This document shows positions 7,903 through 17,056 of a DNA stretch of 41,529 nt, one piece after another (the first letter of the stretch is position 1; the number at the start of each line of letters is the position of its first letter). The notes beneath the pieces were generated by a model, which was not told the origin of the DNA, searched no databases, and worked only from the letters and a program-made list of their open reading frames with translations. The position numbers and the translations under genes were made by a program. This DNA comes from Pseudomonadota bacterium (GTDB lineage Archaea > Thermoplasmatota > SW-10-69-26 > JACQPN01 > JAJPHT01): assembly GCA_021325135.1 (NCBI GenBank), contig JAJPHT010000023.1:1-41529 (forward strand), given 5' to 3'.

Positions 7903-9452
7903 GCGGATCCCTCCGCGAGGCGCAGCGTGAAGGAGAAGGCGGAGCCGCCTCCCGGCGCGGGCTCCACCCAGATGCGGCCGCCGTGCCGCTCGACGATCTT
8001 CTTCGCGATGGCGAGGCCGATGCCCGTGCCCGGCTTGCCGGGGTCGAGGCGTTGGAAGATGACGAAGACGCGCTCCTTGTGCTTCGGGTCGATGCCGATG
8101 CCGTTGTCCACCACGGAGACGACGGCGTGGTCGCCCTCCTTGCGCGCGGAGACGCGGATGCGCGGGGGCTGCGCGCCGCGGAACTTGACGGCGTTGCCCA
8201 GGAGGTTCTGGAAGAGCTGGGCAAGCTGCGACTCGTCGCCCAGGACGCGGGGGAGCGGCTCGCGCTCGACCTGCGCGCCGGACTCCGCGAGGCTCGCCTG
8301 GAGGCCGAGAAGCGCGCGGTCCAGCGCGGCGTCGGCGGAGACGGGCTTGAGCTCCTGACCGCGGCTCCCCACGCGGGAGACGGACAGCAGGTCCTCGATG
8401 AGCTGCTGCATCCGCGCGGTGCCCTCCAGCGCGAAGCGCACGAACTCGCGCCCCTGCTCGTCGAGCTTGTCCTCGTGGCGCCGCGCGAGGCGCGTGACGG
8501 CGCCCGAGACGGTGCGCAGCGGCTCCTGGAGGTCGTGGGAGGCGACGTAGGCGAACTGCTGCAGCTCCGCGTTGGAGCGCTCCAGCTCGGCCGTGCGCTC
8601 CTGCACGCGGCGCTCCAGGTCCTCGTTCATGGCGCGGACGGCCTCCTGGGCCTTCCGGATGGGCGTCACGTCGGCCATGCTCAGGGCGAGGCAGGGCTCG
8701 CCCCCGATGGTGATGGGCTCCACGGCGACCTGCACGATGCGCCGCTCGCCCGTGCGCGCCTGCATCTCGACCTCGGCGCCGTGGACGCGCCCCTGGGCCT
8801 GGAGCTGCCGCTGGAGCGACTCGCGCGACGCCACGTCCACGATGCCCAGGTCCATGGACGTCTTCCCCACGAGGTCCTCGCGGGCGCACCCCACTAGGCT
8901 GGCGAACGCCTCGTTCACCTCCAGGAAGCTCCCGTCCTTCGCGCGGGAGATGGCCAGGGGCATGGCGGTCGCCTCGAAGAAGCCCGAGAAGCGCTCCTGC
9001 GACTCGCGCAGCGCCCGCTCGGCCTTGCGCTGCTCGGTCACGTCGCGGATGGCGGCGACGACGAAGGAGCGCCCCTGGTCCCGCAGGGGGCTGAGGCTGA
9101 TCTCCACGGGGAACTCCGAGCCGTCGCGGCGCCGGGCCCGAAGGTCCAGCCCGGCGCCCATGGGGCGGACGCGCGGGTCGGCGAGAAAACCCTCGCGCTG
9201 CGCGGGGTGCTGGTGGCGGAAGCGCTCCGGGACCAGCGTCTCGACGGGGCGGCCCAGGAGGTCCTCGCGGGCGTGGCCGAAGAGGACCTCCGCCTGGGAG
9301 TTCGCGAGGAGGATCCTCCCCTGCTCGTCCACGATGACGATGGCGTCGGGCGCCGCTTCCAGGGCGCCGCGGAACGTGTCCTCCGTGACCGGCGGCCCCG
9401 GCGGCGGGGGAGGGCGGGGCGCGGGCTCCATGTTGTTACCGTATTCGCTCAC
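7899..9452 (-). CDS. Cytoplasmic PAS-PAS sensor histidine kinase (Cph1-type kinase core)
   Basis: Two PAS/PAC domains, LERSNAELQQFAYVASHDLQEPLR H-box, QNLLGNAVKF, DNGIG, GTGIGLAI. Start GTG 9452 or ATG 9431. Confidence 0.92.
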   Translation of the reverse strand: MSEYGNNMEPAPRPPPPPGPPVTEDTFRGALEAAPDAIVIVDEQGRILLANSQAEVLFGHAREDLLGRPVETLVPERFRHQHPAQREGFLADPRVRPMGAGLDLRARRRDGSEFPVEISLSPLRDQGRSFVVAAIRDVTEQRKAERALRESQERFSGFFEATAMPLAISRAKDGSFLEVNEAFASLVGCAREDLVGKTSMDLGIVDVASRESLQRQLQAQGRVHGAEVEMQARTGERRIVQVAVEPITIGGEPCLALSMADVTPIRKAQEAVRAMNEDLERRVQERTAELERSNAELQQFAYVASHDLQEPLRTVSGAVTRLARRHEDKLDEQGREFVRFALEGTARMQQLIEDLLSVSRVGSRGQELKPVSADAALDRALLGLQASLAESGAQVEREPLPRVLGDESQLAQLFQNLLGNAVKFRGAQPPRIRVSARKEGDHAVVSVVDNGIGIDPKHKERVFVIFQRLDPGKPGTGIGLAIAKKIVERHGGRIWVEPAPGGGSAFSFTLRLAEGSA

Positions 9453-9642
9453 ACCTTTTCAAATGGTGGGAGAACACGCCGGATGGAATTGCAAACACCC
9501 CTCCAGGAAATGCCAGAGGACATTGACATTTTCTAACGCATCGGACGGGGGCGGGGCCCTTGGGAGAAGGCGGCCAGGCGAACGGGGCGCGGCGCAGGCC
9601 GGTTCCCAAGCCTTCATCCGCGGCCCCCCGCCTGCCCGCCCC

Positions 9643-10254
9643 ATGGCCGCCAAGCGGGGCAAACCCCCGCGCCGCGCGCCCTCGCCCGCCGCCAGCGCCT
9701 CCGAGCCCATGGCGCACCGCGAGGCCGCGCACTACATCCTCAACCAGGTCCGTGCCACGGTGGACAACGTGGACGACACCGACGTGCGGCGCTTCCTGGA
9801 CCTCATGCGCGGCGCCAAGAGCGTCATCGTCTTCGGGCGCGGCCGCAGCGGCTTCGTGGGGCGCGGCTTCACGGTGCGCCTCACGCACCTGGGCGTGCCC
9901 GCCTACTTCGTGGGCGAGACGGTGAGCCCCCCCGTCCACGAGGACGACGTGGTCGTGCTCCTCTCGGGCTCGGGCGAGACGTTCTCCGTGGTGGTCACGG
10001 GGCAGGTGGCCAAGAAGCTGGGCAGCCGGATCGTGACCATCACCGGCCAGCCGGACAGCACGCTGGCCAAGCTCGCCGACCTCACCGTCCTCCTGCGCAC
10101 GCCCACGGGCGAGCGGCAGCGCGCGCTGGCCCCCCTGGGCACGCTCTTCGAGAGCGCCGCCGCGGTCTTCCTCGACGGCGTCATCGCCGAGTGGATGCGC
10201 ACGACAGGCGCCACCGAGGAGAGCATGCGCGCGCGGCACGCCACGCTGGAGTGA
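9643..10254 (+). CDS. hxlB: 6-phospho-3-hexuloisomerase (SIS domain)
   Basis: GRGRSG...RL.HLG...VGET..P, SGSGET, APLGTLFE, RHATLE C-terminus. Promoter-like aagccttcat ~25 nt upstream of ATG 9643. Confidence 0.9.
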   Translation: MAAKRGKPPRRAPSPAASASEPMAHREAAHYILNQVRATVDNVDDTDVRRFLDLMRGAKSVIVFGRGRSGFVGRGFTVRLTHLGVPAYFVGETVSPPVHEDDVVVLLSGSGETFSVVVTGQVAKKLGSRIVTITGQPDSTLAKLADLTVLLRTPTGERQRALAPLGTLFESAAAVFLDGVIAEWMRTTGATEESMRARHATLE

Positions 10255-10258
10255 GCGC

Positions 10259-10897
10259 GTGACGCTGGCGGACCTCACCCCCGCGGAGCGCCGCCTCGTC
10301 GCATCGCTGAGGACGCCCGCGCAGGTGCAGCGCTGGCTCGCGTCGCTGGACTACAACCACGAGGCGGGCGCGCCCAGCCTCAAGAGCTTCCGCGGCGTCG
10401 CGCGCCACAAGAGCGCGCACTGCCTGGAGGGCGCGCTGGCGGCCGCCTTCCTCCTGGCGCGGCAGGGGCACCCGCCCCTCCTGCTGGACCTGGAGAGCGA
10501 CGACGGGCTGGACCACGTCGTGGCCCTCTACCGCGTGCGGGGCCTCTGGGGCGCGGTGGGCAAGTCGAAGTACCCGGGCCTCATGGGGCGCGCGCCCGCG
10601 TACCGCACGCTGCGCGCGCTGGCGTGGAGCTACGTCGACCCCTTCGTGGACAGGACCGGCCGCGTCAAGGGGTATGGCGTGCTGGACCTGCGCGAGGCGG
10701 AGGGGCCCGACTGGCGACGCGCGACGGGGAACGTCTGGCGCGTCGAGCGCGACCTCTACGCCATGCCGCACCGGAGGCTCCGGGCCAGCGACGCGCGGCA
10801 CGAGCGGTGGAAACAACGATATCTCGCGTGGAAGAAGGAGAACCCCAAGGGGGAGCCGCCCGTGGGATTCTACCCCGAGGGCGCGCGGATGCGGTAG
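10259..10897 (+). CDS. Hypothetical protein, transglutaminase/papain-like Cys-His family
   Basis: AHCLEGALAAA, DHVVALY, WGAVGKS, SYVDP motifs; starts 4 nt after the hxlB stop. Confidence 0.65.
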   Translation: MTLADLTPAERRLVASLRTPAQVQRWLASLDYNHEAGAPSLKSFRGVARHKSAHCLEGALAAAFLLARQGHPPLLLDLESDDGLDHVVALYRVRGLWGAVGKSKYPGLMGRAPAYRTLRALAWSYVDPFVDRTGRVKGYGVLDLREAEGPDWRRATGNVWRVERDLYAMPHRRLRASDARHERWKQRYLAWKKENPKGEPPVGFYPEGARMR

Positions 10898-10939
10898 GTC
10901 CCTGCGGGCCAACGAAGGCCTCGCCGGGAAAGGGTGTTC

Positions 10940-11161
10940 TTACAGCTCCTGCGTGTCGGGCGGGATGCAGTTCTCGCCGTTCTCGTCGCAGGTCGGGGTC
11001 TTCTGCAGGTCGGGCAGGCCGTTGGACTCCTGCCAGACGCTGGCGCCCGAGTCCGACTGGGCGTCGACGTAGGTGCCGTTGATCCCGATGGTGACGCCGC
11101 TCGCCGACGCGGGGACCGCGAGCAGCGAGATCATTCCGATCGCAACGATCATCTTCAGCAT
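10940..11161 (-). CDS. Small secreted protein (73 aa), WQESNGLxxLQ family
   Basis: GGAGG SD, signal peptide MLKMIVAIGMISLLAVPASA, motif VWQESNGLPDLQ..C......C.PPDT. Paralogue at 39356-39655. Confidence 0.75.
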   Translation of the reverse strand: MLKMIVAIGMISLLAVPASASGVTIGINGTYVDAQSDSGASVWQESNGLPDLQKTPTCDENGENCIPPDTQEL

Positions 11162-11405
11162 GTTTTGCCTCCACTTGGGCAAGCCGCCTGGGGCAGCTCG
11201 CTTGCCGTGCAATCATCTGGCATGGCCCGTTCTTTGCCGTGTCACCAGGGTGGCAACCTCCGGCCCGCGTCGCCCGCCTTGGCCCCCGCCCCGATGCGCC
11301 GCCTGGCGCGGGCCCGCCGGGGCGCGCGCCGCGAGCCGGATCGGCACCCCCTCCGGCGGAGCGTTTCCACAAGGAAATCCGGGGGTCCCGCCCCCACCCA
11401 ATCTA

Positions 11406-11412
11406 TTTATAA
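11406..11412 (+). promoter_or_regulatory. TATA box (TTTATAA) of EF-2
   Basis: Canonical TATA ~75 nt upstream of the ATG; AGGTG SD before the start. Confidence 0.7.
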
Positions 11413-11484
11413 GAGAGCACTGCTGCTGCGCCTGATCCCGGCGCTTGAGGCAAGGCCTCTGCGCGGGCCCGCTCAGGTGTCCAC

Positions 11485-13692
11485 ATGGGCCGAAAGGAAG
11501 ACAACATCGCCAAGGCGCGCACGATCATGCACACGCCGGAGTACATCCGGAACATCGACATCGCGGCGCACATCGACCACGGCAAGACGACCCTCTCGGA
11601 CAACCTGATCGCGGGCGCCGGCATGATGTCCGAGGAGCTCGCCGGCAAGCAGCGCCTCCTCGACTTCGACGAGCAGGAGGCCGCCCGCGGCATCACCATC
11701 AACGCCGCGTCGGCCTCGATGGTGCACGAGTTCGAGGGCAAGGAGTACCTCATCAACCTCATCGACACCCCCGGCCACGTCGACTTCGGCGGCGACGTCA
11801 CGCGCGCCATGCGCGCCGTCGACGGCTGCGTCATCGTCTGCTGCGCCGTCGAAGGCCCCATGCCCCAGACGGAGACCGTGGTGCGCCAGGCGCTCCGCGA
11901 GCGCGTGAAGCCCATCCTCTTCATCAACAAGACGGACCGCCTCATCAACGAGCTGAAGCTCACTCCTGAGCAGATGCAGCAGCGCTTCGTGAAGATCATC
12001 ACGCAGGTCAACGCGCTCATCAGCAAGATGGTCCCCGACCAGTTCCGCGAGGCCTGGGCCGTCCGCCCCGAGAACGGCAGCGTCGTCATGGGCAGCGCCT
12101 ACCACAACTGGGCCATCAGCGTGCCCTACATGCAGAAGCACGGCATCAAGGGCTTCAAGGAGATCTACCAGCTCGTCGAGAGCGGCGCCAACAAGGAGCT
12201 CGCCAAGAAGGCGCCCCTCACCAAGGTGCTCCTGGACGCCTCCATCCGCCACCACCCCGCGCCCCACGTCGCGCAGAAGTACCGCGTCCCCCACATCTGG
12301 AAGGGCGACATCAACAGCGACGTGGGCAAGGCCATGGTCAACTGCGACGAGAAGGGCCCCCTCGCCATGATGATCACGAAGATCATCATCGACCCCCACG
12401 CGGGCGAGATCGCCTTCGGCCGCCTCTTCTCGGGCGCCGTCGAGAAGGGCCAGGAAGTCTACGTCATCGGCCAGCCCGGCAAGGGCCGCACCCAGCAGGT
12501 GGGCCTCATGGTCGGCGCCGACCGCATCCCCATCGACAAGGTCGTCGCGGGCAACATCGCCGCCGTGCAGGGCGTCCGCGACGCCCTCGCGGGCAGCACC
12601 GTGAGCACGCTGGCCGACATGGACCCCTTCGAGTCCATCAAGCACGTCTCCGAGCCCGTCGTCACCATCGCCGTCGAGGCGAAGAACACCAAGGACCTCC
12701 CCAAGCTCGTGGAGGTCCTCCGCACCGTCGCCAAGGCGGACCCCAGCATCGAGGTCCAGATCAACCAGGAGACGGGCGAGAACCTCATGAGCGGCATGGG
12801 CGAGCTCCACCTGGAGATCACCGAGTACCGCATCAAGAATGAGCACGGCGTCGAGATCAAGACCTCGCCCCCCATCGTCGTGTACCGCGAGTGCGTCTCG
12901 GGCAAGAACCAGGTGCCCTTCGAAGGCAAGAGCCCCAACAAGCACAACAAGTTCTACGTCACCGCCGAGCCCCTGAGCGTCGAGATGGTCCAGGCCATCA
13001 AGGACGGCAAGATCATCAACAGCCAGGGCAAGGTCAAGGACGCCAAGGCGCTCACCCCCACCCTCGTCGAGCTGGGCTGGGACCGCGACTTCTCCAAGGG
13101 CCTCTTCGCCGTCGTGGGCACCAACCTCTTCGTGGACGTCACCAAGGGTATCCAGGGCCTCAACGAGACGAAGGAGCTGGTCCTCGACGCGTTCAAGGAG
13201 GCCATGCAGCGCGGCCCCCGCGCCGGCGAGCCGGTGCAGGGCATCCTGTTCACCCTCCACGACGCCAAGCTCCACGAGGACGCCGTCCACCGCGGCCCCG
13301 CCCAGGTCATCCCCGCGGTCCGCAACGCCATCTACGGCGCCATGACCGTCGCGGGCACGACGCTCCTGGAGCCCATGCAGAAGGTCTTCATCAGCGTCCC
13401 CCAGGACGTCATGGGCAGCGCCACCCGCGAGATGCAGCAGCGCCGCAGCGTCATCGAGGACATGAGCAACGAGGGCGACATGGCCATCATCCAGTGCAAG
13501 GCCCCCGTCAGCGCCATGTTCGGCTTCGCCGCCGCCATCCGCTCGGCCGCCTCGGGCCGCGTCCTGTGGTCCACGGAGAACCTCGGCTTCGAGCCCGTCC
13601 CCCGTGAGCTCCTGGACAAGACCACCGCGGAGATCCGCCAGCGCAAGGGCCTCAAGCCCGAGCCCTACCCCGCCGAGTACTACGCGGGCTGA
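11485..13692 (+). CDS. fusA: Translation elongation factor EF-2 (archaeal)
   Basis: [40 protein letters not shown], diphthamide motif [11 protein letters not shown]; 735 aa. Confidence 0.98.
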   Translation: MGRKEDNIAKARTIMHTPEYIRNIDIAAHIDHGKTTLSDNLIAGAGMMSEELAGKQRLLDFDEQEAARGITINAASASMVHEFEGKEYLINLIDTPGHVDFGGDVTRAMRAVDGCVIVCCAVEGPMPQTETVVRQALRERVKPILFINKTDRLINELKLTPEQMQQRFVKIITQVNALISKMVPDQFREAWAVRPENGSVVMGSAYHNWAISVPYMQKHGIKGFKEIYQLVESGANKELAKKAPLTKVLLDASIRHHPAPHVAQKYRVPHIWKGDINSDVGKAMVNCDEKGPLAMMITKIIIDPHAGEIAFGRLFSGAVEKGQEVYVIGQPGKGRTQQVGLMVGADRIPIDKVVAGNIAAVQGVRDALAGSTVSTLADMDPFESIKHVSEPVVTIAVEAKNTKDLPKLVEVLRTVAKADPSIEVQINQETGENLMSGMGELHLEITEYRIKNEHGVEIKTSPPIVVYRECVSGKNQVPFEGKSPNKHNKFYVTAEPLSVEMVQAIKDGKIINSQGKVKDAKALTPTLVELGWDRDFSKGLFAVVGTNLFVDVTKGIQGLNETKELVLDAFKEAMQRGPRAGEPVQGILFTLHDAKLHEDAVHRGPAQVIPAVRNAIYGAMTVAGTTLLEPMQKVFISVPQDVMGSATREMQQRRSVIEDMSNEGDMAIIQCKAPVSAMFGFAAAIRSAASGRVLWSTENLGFEPVPRELLDKTTAEIRQRKGLKPEPYPAEYYAG

Positions 13693-13703
13693 ACAGGCGC
13701 TTG

Positions 13704-13757
13704 GGGGCTTCGGCCCCTGACGTCTTCCTCGTTCCGATCCTTCGGCTCTCTTTTCTT
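13704..13757 (+). terminator. Putative EF-2 terminator: GGGGC-TTCG-GCCCC hairpin plus pyrimidine tract
   Basis: cUUCGg tetraloop stem at 13704-13717 followed by ...ctctcttttctt. Confidence 0.55.
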
Positions 13758-14220
13758 ATGCTTCGGTGGACCAGCGGTAGCTGTGCGTGTCGGGGGGCGC
13801 CGCCACGGGCGTGACCACGGGCTCCGCCACGGGTGCGACGGACCCGTGGTCACGCCCGTGGGCCTGCTTCGCCTCGCGCCGCTCGCGCCGCGTCGCCTCC
13901 CGTCGAATCTGGCGCGCGCTCATCTGCCGCGCCTTGCGGCGCCCCGCCTCGGTCGGATGGATCACGCGGCCGTGGGGCGTCATGCGCTCCGCCAACAGCC
14001 CGACGCTGACGAGGCCCAGGTCCTTCGCGTAGTCCTTGCCGTCCCCGTGGAGGATCGCGTTGAGCCGGCCGCAATCGATCCGCAGCGCCGCCGCGAGCTG
14101 CCGCGGAAACGACTCGCCGAGGCTGACGGCCATCATCAGGCCCCGCCGGCGGAGGCTGGACCGCTCGAGGCAGCGTTCGTAGGCGGCGGGCGAGATCCGA
14201 TTCTCCAAAGGGAGAGCCAT
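13756..14220 (-). CDS. EarA-family (DUF1495-type) winged-helix transcriptional regulator
   Basis: L.RS.LRRR.L...ESFPRQLA.ALRID.GRL.AILHGDG..Y....GLV.VGL.......G....PTE.GR matches the EarA wHTH pattern. The C-tail is derived from a palindromic repeat. Confidence 0.7.
   Translation of the reverse strand: MALPLENRISPAAYERCLERSSLRRRGLMMAVSLGESFPRQLAAALRIDCGRLNAILHGDGKDYAKDLGLVSVGLLAERMTPHGRVIHPTEAGRRKARQMSARQIRREATRRERREAKQAHGRDHGSVAPVAEPVVTPVAAPPDTHSYRWSTEA
13803..13861. repeat. Palindromic element family C, copy 1 (inside the EarA-like CDS)
   Basis: Perfect 19-bp arms ccacgggcgtgaccacggg (13803-13821) / cccgtggtcacgcccgtgg (13843-13861). Confidence 0.9.
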
Positions 14221-14267
14221 GGGGGTCGATGGGCGGGGGAGACTTGGCTCTTATCCGGGAATCGCAC

Positions 14268-14323
14268 CACGGGCGTGACCACGGGTGGGATGGAGTTCCA
14301 TCCCACCCGTGGTCACGCCCGTG
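14268..14323. repeat. Palindromic element family C, copy 2 (intergenic)
   Basis: Perfect 27-bp arms cacgggcgtgaccacgggtgggatgga / tccatcccacccgtggtcacgcccgtg with a 2-nt spacer. Confidence 0.92.
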
Positions 14324-14368
14324 ACGGGCCCCCACGCCCCCGCCCCTCCTCTTGCCTCCCCGCCCCCG

Positions 14369-15175
14369 CTATCGCCCGCCCACGCTTCTCAGGTCGGCCC
14401 GGTCGTCCCCGTCGAAGGCGTCGGGGATGGTGCCGTCCTGGAGGAGCGCCTGGCGCAGCCCCTGGCAGGTGTCGAGGACCCAGTACATGACCGAGCGCGG
14501 GTCGCTGGAGTGGCCGCCCTTGGCGGGGTCGTTGGTCTTGTCCTCGTGGTCCTTCACCATGGGGAGGCCGTTGTCGACGAGGCCCATGGCGTGGCCCGTC
14601 TCGTGGAGGAGCGTGGAGCGCTCCAGGGTCTCCAGCGCCGCGGCGGGCTGGTCCACGGGGAGGCCGACGTTCTGGCCCAGGGGCGTGGCGGGCGTGGGGA
14701 TGCAGGTGCTTCCGCGCAGCTTGTCGAGGAAGATGGTGATGGGGCCCAGCGCGCGGCCGCTGATGGTGACGCCCGCGACGTCGCCGGTGGCGTTGTAGCC
14801 GCCGTTGGGGTAGAGGACGTGCAGGAGCGCGGCGGGCGCCTGGTGCGCGTGGCGCCGCGTGGACGCTTCCAGAGATATCAATTCCTGCGCGGTCCACGAG
14901 TGGCCCGGCGTGGCGTTGAGGGTGGGTTGCTCGTCGAGGATGACGTTGGTCTTGCCGGTGACGTTGCGCAGCGTGTCGATGAGGTGCGTCGTCGCGGCGG
15001 CGCTGGGCTGCTCGCCGGGCGCGTAATCGATCTCCACCACGAGGTCGGTCCACGGCGCGCCGCCGATGACCTCGGCGTAGTAGCGCGGCGCGGCCTGGCG
15101 CTGCATGCCGGGGAGCATGCACCCTGCGGCGAGGGCGAGGAGAAGGAGGGCCCCGAGGACGCGCGCGCCCCTCAT
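14369..15175 (-). CDS. Lipoprotein zinc metalloprotease (metzincin-like)
   Basis: Lipobox AAGC, HETGHAMGLVD zinc motif, distal GHS and Met-turn SVMY. Confidence 0.8.
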   Translation of the reverse strand: MRGARVLGALLLLALAAGCMLPGMQRQAAPRYYAEVIGGAPWTDLVVEIDYAPGEQPSAAATTHLIDTLRNVTGKTNVILDEQPTLNATPGHSWTAQELISLEASTRRHAHQAPAALLHVLYPNGGYNATGDVAGVTISGRALGPITIFLDKLRGSTCIPTPATPLGQNVGLPVDQPAAALETLERSTLLHETGHAMGLVDNGLPMVKDHEDKTNDPAKGGHSSDPRSVMYWVLDTCQGLRQALLQDGTIPDAFDGDDRADLRSVGGR

Positions 15176-15224
15176 GGGTTCTGGGACGGCGGGTCCGGGG
15201 CTTGGAGCTTGCCCTTCTTCCCCG

Positions 15225-16526
15225 CTATCCCACGACCTTCTCCCATTTCTTGAGCTTGAGCACCTTGCTCAGGGAGGAGCCGCGCTCGATCTCGGCGCGC
15301 AGGCGGTCCTCCTGCTCCTTGACCTCGACGGCGCGGTTGGCGATCTCGTGGGCGCGCTCCTTGGGGACCACGCAGACGCCGTTGTCGTCGGCGACGATCC
15401 AGTCGCCGGTGCGGACGCGCTGGCCGCCCGCGAGGATCTCGGTGCCGATCTCGCCGAACCCCTTGGGGTCGCCGGCGTTGGGGCGGAAGACCTTGGCCCA
15501 GCCGGCGAAGCCGATCTTGCGGATCTCGTCCACGTCGCGCATGGCGCCGTCGATGACGACCCCCGCGAGGCCGAGGCGCTTCGCGGTGTGCGAGGCCAGC
15601 TCGCCCCAGACGGCCTTGGTGGTGCCGTCGACCTGGATGACCAGGACGCTGCCGGGCTCGGCCTCGTCGATGGCCTCGACGGGCTTGGCCCAGTCGCCGT
15701 CCATGGCGTGGACGGTGAGGGCGGGGCCGACGGCCTTGAGCCCCTGCTGGAGGGGGAGGATGCCCGTCATGCAGCCCTCGCGGTGCATGGCGTCGCTGAC
15801 GTTGGGCGAGGAGGCGATCTCGAAGGCCTTTCTGATATCAGACGCGCCGAAGCGCTTCATGCCCGCGCTCTCCAGGACCTTCACGCTGTCGATGGCCTCG
15901 CGCAGCCTGCGGGTGGCGGCGGTGGCGTCCTGGGCCTTGGTGATCGCGCCGCCCACGATGAGGATGTCCGCGCCGGCCTCGATAAGGGGGGCCAGCGTCT
16001 CGCTGGTGAGGCCCCCCGCGACGGCGATGGGGAGCGTGGTGGCGGCGCGCACGGCGCGCACGGCCTCCACGGGGCTCCTGCCCTGCATCTGCTCGTCGAT
16101 GCCCACGTGCATGCCGATGTAGTCCGCGCCCATGGCCTCGGCCTCCTTGGCGCGGCGCGGCTTGTCCTTCACCGCGATGAGGTCCACCATGATCTTGCCG
16201 CCGTACTTGCGCGCGGCCTCCACCGCCTCGCGGATGGTGCCATCGTCGCTGGCGCCCAGGATGGTGACGATCGTTGCGCCGGCCTTGATGGCCATCTCGG
16301 CCTCCATGCCGCCGGTGTCCATGACCTTCATGTCGGCCACGATGGGCTTGTCGGGGAACGCCTTGCGCAGGTCGCGCACCGCGTTGAGGCCCTCGCTCTT
16401 GATGAGGGGCGTGCCGGCCTCGACCCAGTCGGCGCCGCCCGCGACGGCCTCGGCGCCCAGCTCGAGCGCGCGATGCATGTTGTAGACGTCCAGCGCGACC
16501 TGGAGGAACCGCCTCTGCGGGGCCAT
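15225..16526 (-). CDS. hxlA: 3-hexulose-6-phosphate synthase fused to RraA/MenG-like domain
   Basis: LQVALD, WVEAGTPLIKSEG, ADMKVMDTG, HVGIDEQ, AVAGG; C-terminal GDWAKPVEAI, AVWGELA, DGAMRDV, ADDNGV. Confidence 0.92.
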   Translation of the reverse strand: MAPQRRFLQVALDVYNMHRALELGAEAVAGGADWVEAGTPLIKSEGLNAVRDLRKAFPDKPIVADMKVMDTGGMEAEMAIKAGATIVTILGASDDGTIREAVEAARKYGGKIMVDLIAVKDKPRRAKEAEAMGADYIGMHVGIDEQMQGRSPVEAVRAVRAATTLPIAVAGGLTSETLAPLIEAGADILIVGGAITKAQDATAATRRLREAIDSVKVLESAGMKRFGASDIRKAFEIASSPNVSDAMHREGCMTGILPLQQGLKAVGPALTVHAMDGDWAKPVEAIDEAEPGSVLVIQVDGTTKAVWGELASHTAKRLGLAGVVIDGAMRDVDEIRKIGFAGWAKVFRPNAGDPKGFGEIGTEILAGGQRVRTGDWIVADDNGVCVVPKERAHEIANRAVEVKEQEDRLRAEIERGSSLSKVLKLKKWEKVVG

Positions 16527-16576
16527 GCGAGGACATGCTCGCGTCGCTTATAAGTGCTTGAGGAGGTGCCGCGCCC

Positions 16577-17056
16577 GTGGCCCTGGAAGCCCAGCTTGTC
16601 GCCGCCCTGCGCGCGGCCCGCATGACCTTCGCCTGCGCCGAGTCGTGCACGGGCGGCCTCGTGGCGGAGCGCGTGACGCGCGTTGAGGGCGCTTCGGCCG
16701 CGTTCGGGGGCGGCGTCGTCGCGTACTCGGACGCGGCGAAGGCGGACCTCCTGGGCGTCGAGCGCGCGCTGCTGCGCGAGAAGGGCGCCGTCTCGCGCGA
16801 GGTCGCCCGCGAGATGGCGATGCGCGCCCGCGCGCTCCTGGCCGCGGACGTGGCGGTCTCGGCCACCGGCCTCGCGGGGCCCGGGCCGGAGGCGGGCCTC
16901 GTCTTCCTGGGCGTCGCGCACTGGGGCGGCGTCGAGGTCCACGAGATGCGCTACGGCGGCGGCCGCGAGGCGGTGCGCCAGGCCGCGGCCGAGGACGCGC
17001 TGCGCTTCGCCCTGGAGGCGATTCCTCGGGCCAAGGCCGCGCTAGGGGAGCCCTGA
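16577..17056 (+). CDS. CinA C-terminal / NMN deamidase (PncC-like)
   Basis: AESCTGG, GAS..F.GGVVAYS..AK..LLGV, GAVS, TGLAGP. Shares a divergent cttataag TATA with hxlA. Confidence 0.88.
   Translation: MALEAQLVAALRAARMTFACAESCTGGLVAERVTRVEGASAAFGGGVVAYSDAAKADLLGVERALLREKGAVSREVAREMAMRARALLAADVAVSATGLAGPGPEAGLVFLGVAHWGGVEVHEMRYGGGREAVRQAAAEDALRFALEAIPRAKAALGEP

Noticed and set aside
7899-9452. Phytochrome or light-sensor call for the Cph1-type kinase
   Set aside because: No GAF/PHY domain and no LOV NCRFLQ motif; only generic PAS domains.
8572-9642. Long N-terminal extension of the PHI ORF, and similar extensions of the tpiA, trx, receiver and HTH ORFs in the track
   Set aside because: They overlap genuine genes in other frames or strands; starts were trimmed using homology and promoter position.
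14286-14304. GGGATGGAGTTCCATCCC resembling the 5' end of a fluoride riboswitch
   Set aside because: It is the centre of a perfect family-C palindrome; the downstream UGAUGAC pseudoknot strand is missing and no relevant gene follows on that strand.
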